A model generated the notes under the pieces. It worked only from the letters and a program-made list of their open reading frames with translations, made no database searches and was not told where the DNA came from. Of a DNA stretch of 6,654 nucleotides, positions 4,710-6,654 are shown piece after piece (position 1 is the first letter of the stretch; each line of letters begins with the position of its first letter). Made by a program: the position numbers and the translations under genes. Source of the DNA: a virus; IMG/VR virus record IMGVR_UViG_3300045018_000082; one strand, written 5' to 3'.

Positions 4710-4754
4710 GGAGTCCACGTCTTCTAATGGTGGACTCTAGTCCGATATTTCGGA
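4710..4754 (+). other. (+)-strand replication origin core, Ff-type pII nicking hairpin; predicted nick between T4725 and A4726
   Basis: GGAGTCCACGTCTTCTAATGGTGGACTCTAGTCCGA compares with recalled f1 GGAGTCCACGTTCTTTAATAGTGGACTCTTGTTCCA at 29/36 identical. The 8-bp stem is GAGTCCAC 4711-4718 / GTGGACTC 4730-4737. Downstream inverted repeats are GGAC-TCTA-GTCC and TCCGA-TATT-TCGGA (4741-4754). Confidence 0.75.
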
Positions 4755-4756
4755 AA

Positions 4757-4951
4757 TTATTCGTCTTTACCTAGCACTTCTTGTCTGTATCTTATGACTT
4801 CTTCTGCCTTTAAATCTTTTAAGTGATATTTGATAAGAGCGTGAATTACGTCACTTTCTGCCATCAGTGATTTTTTCTGTACGACGAATTTCATCAGTGT
4901 TTCTTTCACGTCTTCAACTTCTTCACTGCGTATTTTATAGACCTTGCTCAT
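4757..4951 (-). CDS. 64-aa divergent transcriptional repressor candidate, ribbon-helix-helix-like
   Basis: This is the only - strand gene. It diverges from rep across an operator-rich region, like rstR/rstA in CTXphi. AAGG lies about 10 nt upstream of the ATG. The pattern is a beta-strand (KVYKIR), helix (SEEVEDVKETLMKFV), turn, then helix (ESDVIHALIKYHL), resembling CopG/Arc RHH proteins by eye. Confidence 0.6.
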   Translation of the reverse strand: MSKVYKIRSEEVEDVKETLMKFVVQKKSLMAESDVIHALIKYHLKDLKAEEVIRYRQEVLGKDE

Positions 4952-4964
4952 TTGTAAACGCCTT

Positions 4965-5074
4965 GTAACTAAATAACTAGGTAACTTTTTTAATATTAAC
5001 TCGTTTTACGAGTTGACAAGTTACCTAGTAATTTTGTTTAATCTTTTAAACGCGGTTACTTGGTAACTTTTTTT
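4965..5074. promoter_or_regulatory. Divergent promoter/operator region between the repressor and rep genes
   Basis: Three copies of CT(A/T)GGTAACTT lie at 4977-4987 (+), 5018-5028 (inverted) and 5059-5069 (+), with starts exactly 41 bp apart. A nested palindrome AACTCGT-TTT-ACGAGTT is at 4998-5014. On the + strand there is a consensus -35 TTGACA (5013-5018) and TTTAAT (5037-5042, 18-nt spacer). On the - strand TTGTCA (5019-5014) overlaps it, followed by AT-rich -10 candidates at 4990-4998. Confidence 0.6.
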
Positions 5075-6295
5075 ATGTTAGATCATATTTGCATTAACGC
5101 TCCATTCGAATCGAGCTTTTTTTCAGTCGATTCTGAAGGGCGTTATTTTTTTGTAGATGTAGATCTGCATTCAATTGAAATACCACTTGCTTCGCGTTCA
5201 GTTCATAAGAATGACGATGGTTCTATTTCTGCTGCTGCTTTATTTCATCCGTATGAGTCAGTGCCAACGCACTACACAGGTATGGCAATGAAAGTGTTTT
5301 TCGATACAAGTTATGAGCCTTATGTTCAGATTAAGGCTTCGCCTGCAAAGCTTTTGCAAGGTCATAACGTATTTGGAAGTGACAACATAGAGCAGGGTGC
5401 AATGGAAATGATTGGCTTTCTACATGAAGCCTATCCAGTCTTAGCAAGAATGCTAGATTGGCCTCGTGCTTGGGTATCACATATCGATGTGACTTACTCT
5501 GCACGATTGAAAGACCAAAGCACGGCTAAAAAAGTTTTGGATTTCTTGAGTAATGTCAGTAATGGCCAGACTCGTTTAAGTAATAAGCGTTTCGATAGTT
5601 CAGTCTATTGGGGAGGTCAGACTTCACGCCTTGTAAATCACAAGTGTTATATGAAGCATGACGAATTTATTGCTCAATTTGAAGAGTATAAAATGCTTTC
5701 AAAGAAGAACGATAAATCAGCTCAACGTGTTGTTGATGTTATGTCTAATCAAGATTTGATCAACTGGACTATCGGTTTATTACGTTTTGAATCACGTTTA
5801 AAAAAACGTTGGCTCGAACGTAATGGAATTCCTACCAATCTCTTTGATTTAATTAAGTTTCAACGTTCTAACCCTAATTTACTTCAAACACTCTGGAACA
5901 AAGCTACTCATAGCATTTTTGAAGCCTTGCGAGGTCAAACTATGAAATTAACAGATGATACAAGTGTACTTGAAGCCATTGAACGCTCAGAAGTTGTAAT
6001 GACCAAATCGGGCAAGGTTTCTCACACTAAAGTACGTAATTTATTCGCAATGTTTTGTCTTATCCGTGAAAAAGGATTTGATGAGATTAAAAATAATTAC
6101 GGTAAGTCTCAGTTTTACAACCTAATTTCCCAATTGTGTGAATGTGGCTTTTCTAAAGCTTATTTACAGAACCTTCATGATGAGAAGGCATCAAACATCA
6201 TTCCATTCGTCAAGCTTGTAGAAATTGACTTCAATCAACAATTGCCAGATTGGTATGAAGAACCAGTCTCTCAATTTAATTATCAAATCGCTTAG
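5075..6295 (+). CDS. gII: Rolling-circle replication initiator, Ff gene II protein homolog (406 aa from ATG 5075)
   Basis: Motifs match my recollection of M13/f1 pII: HPYESVPTHYTGMAMKVF vs HPFESLPTHYSGIAFKIY; IKASPAKLLQGHNVFG vs IKASPAKVLQGHNVFG; HIDVTYSAR vs RIDATFSAR. NVSNGQT is shared. Further pairs are GLLRFESRLKKRWL vs GLVRFEARIKTRYL and PDWYEEPV vs PDWYNEPV. Length is 406 aa vs 410 aa. I prefer ATG 5075 (MLDHICINAPF vs MIDMLVLRLPF) over the track's TTG at 5060. Confidence 0.9.
   Translation: MLDHICINAPFESSFFSVDSEGRYFFVDVDLHSIEIPLASRSVHKNDDGSISAAALFHPYESVPTHYTGMAMKVFFDTSYEPYVQIKASPAKLLQGHNVFGSDNIEQGAMEMIGFLHEAYPVLARMLDWPRAWVSHIDVTYSARLKDQSTAKKVLDFLSNVSNGQTRLSNKRFDSSVYWGGQTSRLVNHKCYMKHDEFIAQFEEYKMLSKKNDKSAQRVVDVMSNQDLINWTIGLLRFESRLKKRWLERNGIPTNLFDLIKFQRSNPNLLQTLWNKATHSIFEALRGQTMKLTDDTSVLEAIERSEVVMTKSGKVSHTKVRNLFAMFCLIREKGFDEIKNNYGKSQFYNLISQLCECGFSKAYLQNLHDEKASNIIPFVKLVEIDFNQQLPDWYEEPVSQFNYQIA
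5942..6295 (+). CDS. gX: Nested in-frame gene X-like product (117 aa C-terminal part of the initiator)
   Basis: The internal ATG at 5942 is in frame with rep (5942-5075=867). GAGG at 5931-5934 lies 7 nt upstream. MKLTDDTSVLEAI aligns with the start of Ff pX, MNIYDDSAVLDAI, at the homologous position. Confidence 0.55.
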   Translation: MKLTDDTSVLEAIERSEVVMTKSGKVSHTKVRNLFAMFCLIREKGFDEIKNNYGKSQFYNLISQLCECGFSKAYLQNLHDEKASNIIPFVKLVEIDFNQQLPDWYEEPVSQFNYQIA

Positions 6296-6306
6296 AGGGC
6301 TACGAA

Positions 6307-6615
6307 ATGTCTCAGAAACAAACAGTTATTGTTACAGGTTTAAAAATGTCTAAGGGTGAATTTACACCTGAGAATGGCATGAATAAAGGCGTACCACAGC
6401 CTTATGATAATTTGAATATTTATGCATCAATTGCTTTTCCTGAAGGTGATATGGAATCGATTGGTGCTAAAGAACAACAATTTAAATTGAAAGGCTCAGG
6501 TAATTTTTATCGCTTTAAAGACGTACAACTACCAGCCGAATGTGAACTCGAGTTTGAGTTTGATTTTACTAAGACGCCACCAAGACCAGTTTTGAAGGAT
6601 ATTAACTTCATATAA
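6307..6615 (+). CDS. ssDNA-binding protein candidate (gene V position), 102 aa
   Basis: GAGGG at 6294-6298 lies 8 nt upstream. It is a small soluble protein immediately after rep, as in Ff gV and CTXphi rstB. I see no obvious similarity to Ff pV by eye, so the call rests on synteny and size only. Confidence 0.5.
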   Translation: MSQKQTVIVTGLKMSKGEFTPENGMNKGVPQPYDNLNIYASIAFPEGDMESIGAKEQQFKLKGSGNFYRFKDVQLPAECELEFEFDFTKTPPRPVLKDINFI

Positions 6616-6654
6616 AACAAAGTGTTAATAATAAAACACTTCGTATAATGTATA
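6528..6654. repeat. Terminal direct repeat, exact copy of 1-127
   Basis: Same comparison as above. Confidence 0.97.

Larger units (their letters stand above)
1..6527 (+). mobile_element. Complete genome unit of a filamentous (inovirus-like) phage, circularly permuted
   Basis: The full inovirus gene set is present in canonical order (rep, ssb, small coat proteins, major coat, pIII, pVI, pI/Zot). Size is typical for the family, all structural genes share one strand, and the window ends overlap exactly by 127 nt. Confidence 0.9.

Noticed and set aside
4757-4951. The RHH protein as the antitoxin of a toxin-antitoxin pair
   Set aside because: No partner ORF lies downstream or upstream on the - strand; the neighbours are the origin and the operator region. 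The divergent arrangement with rep fits a phage repressor better.
5060-5074. TTG at 5060 as the rep start (as in the ORF track)
   Set aside because: The five extra residues (MVTFF) have no SD either. From ATG 5075 the N-terminus MLDHICINAPF lines up with Ff pII MIDMLVLRLPF. I kept 5075, but the choice is not proven.
1-6654. Secretin (pIV), integrase/transposase, tRNA, rRNA and CRISPR features
   Set aside because: None could be found. All long ORFs are assigned to other functions, and the remaining non-coding DNA is too short.

Overview
The window holds one complete, circularly permuted genome of a filamentous ssDNA phage (inovirus-like). The unit length is 6527 nt, because bases 1-127 exactly repeat 6528-6654. 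All morphogenesis and replication genes are on the + strand, in this order: Ff gene II-like rolling-circle initiator (with a nested gene X-like frame), ssDNA-binding candidate, two small membrane proteins, signal-peptide major coat protein, a tiny ORF, pIII-like adsorption protein, pVI-like protein, and Zot/pI-like assembly NTPase. Next comes about 1 kb of mostly non-coding or cargo DNA (4093-5074). It contains two unannotated small membrane-peptide ORFs and a cluster of GTGTCT/AGACAC palindromes. It also contains a ~100-nt hairpin whose arms are dif-like XerC/XerD sites (candidate CTXphi-style folded attP), with an intrinsic terminator at its tip. The same region holds a hairpin that closely matches the f1/M13 (+)-strand nicking origin, a divergent 64-aa ribbon-helix-helix-like repressor on the - strand, and three operator copies spaced 41 bp apart over face-to-face promoters. 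I see no secretin (pIV), integrase, tRNA, rRNA or CRISPR. The overall picture is a temperate, Xer-exploiting inovirus that joins an Ff-type replication module to a CTX/VGJ-like layout. I estimate G+C at about 40%, and the TTCGCATAA-type XerC arms hint at a low-GC gammaproteobacterial host such as Moraxellaceae/Acinetobacter, but this is speculative. All homology statements rest on recalled sequences and motifs, not on searches.
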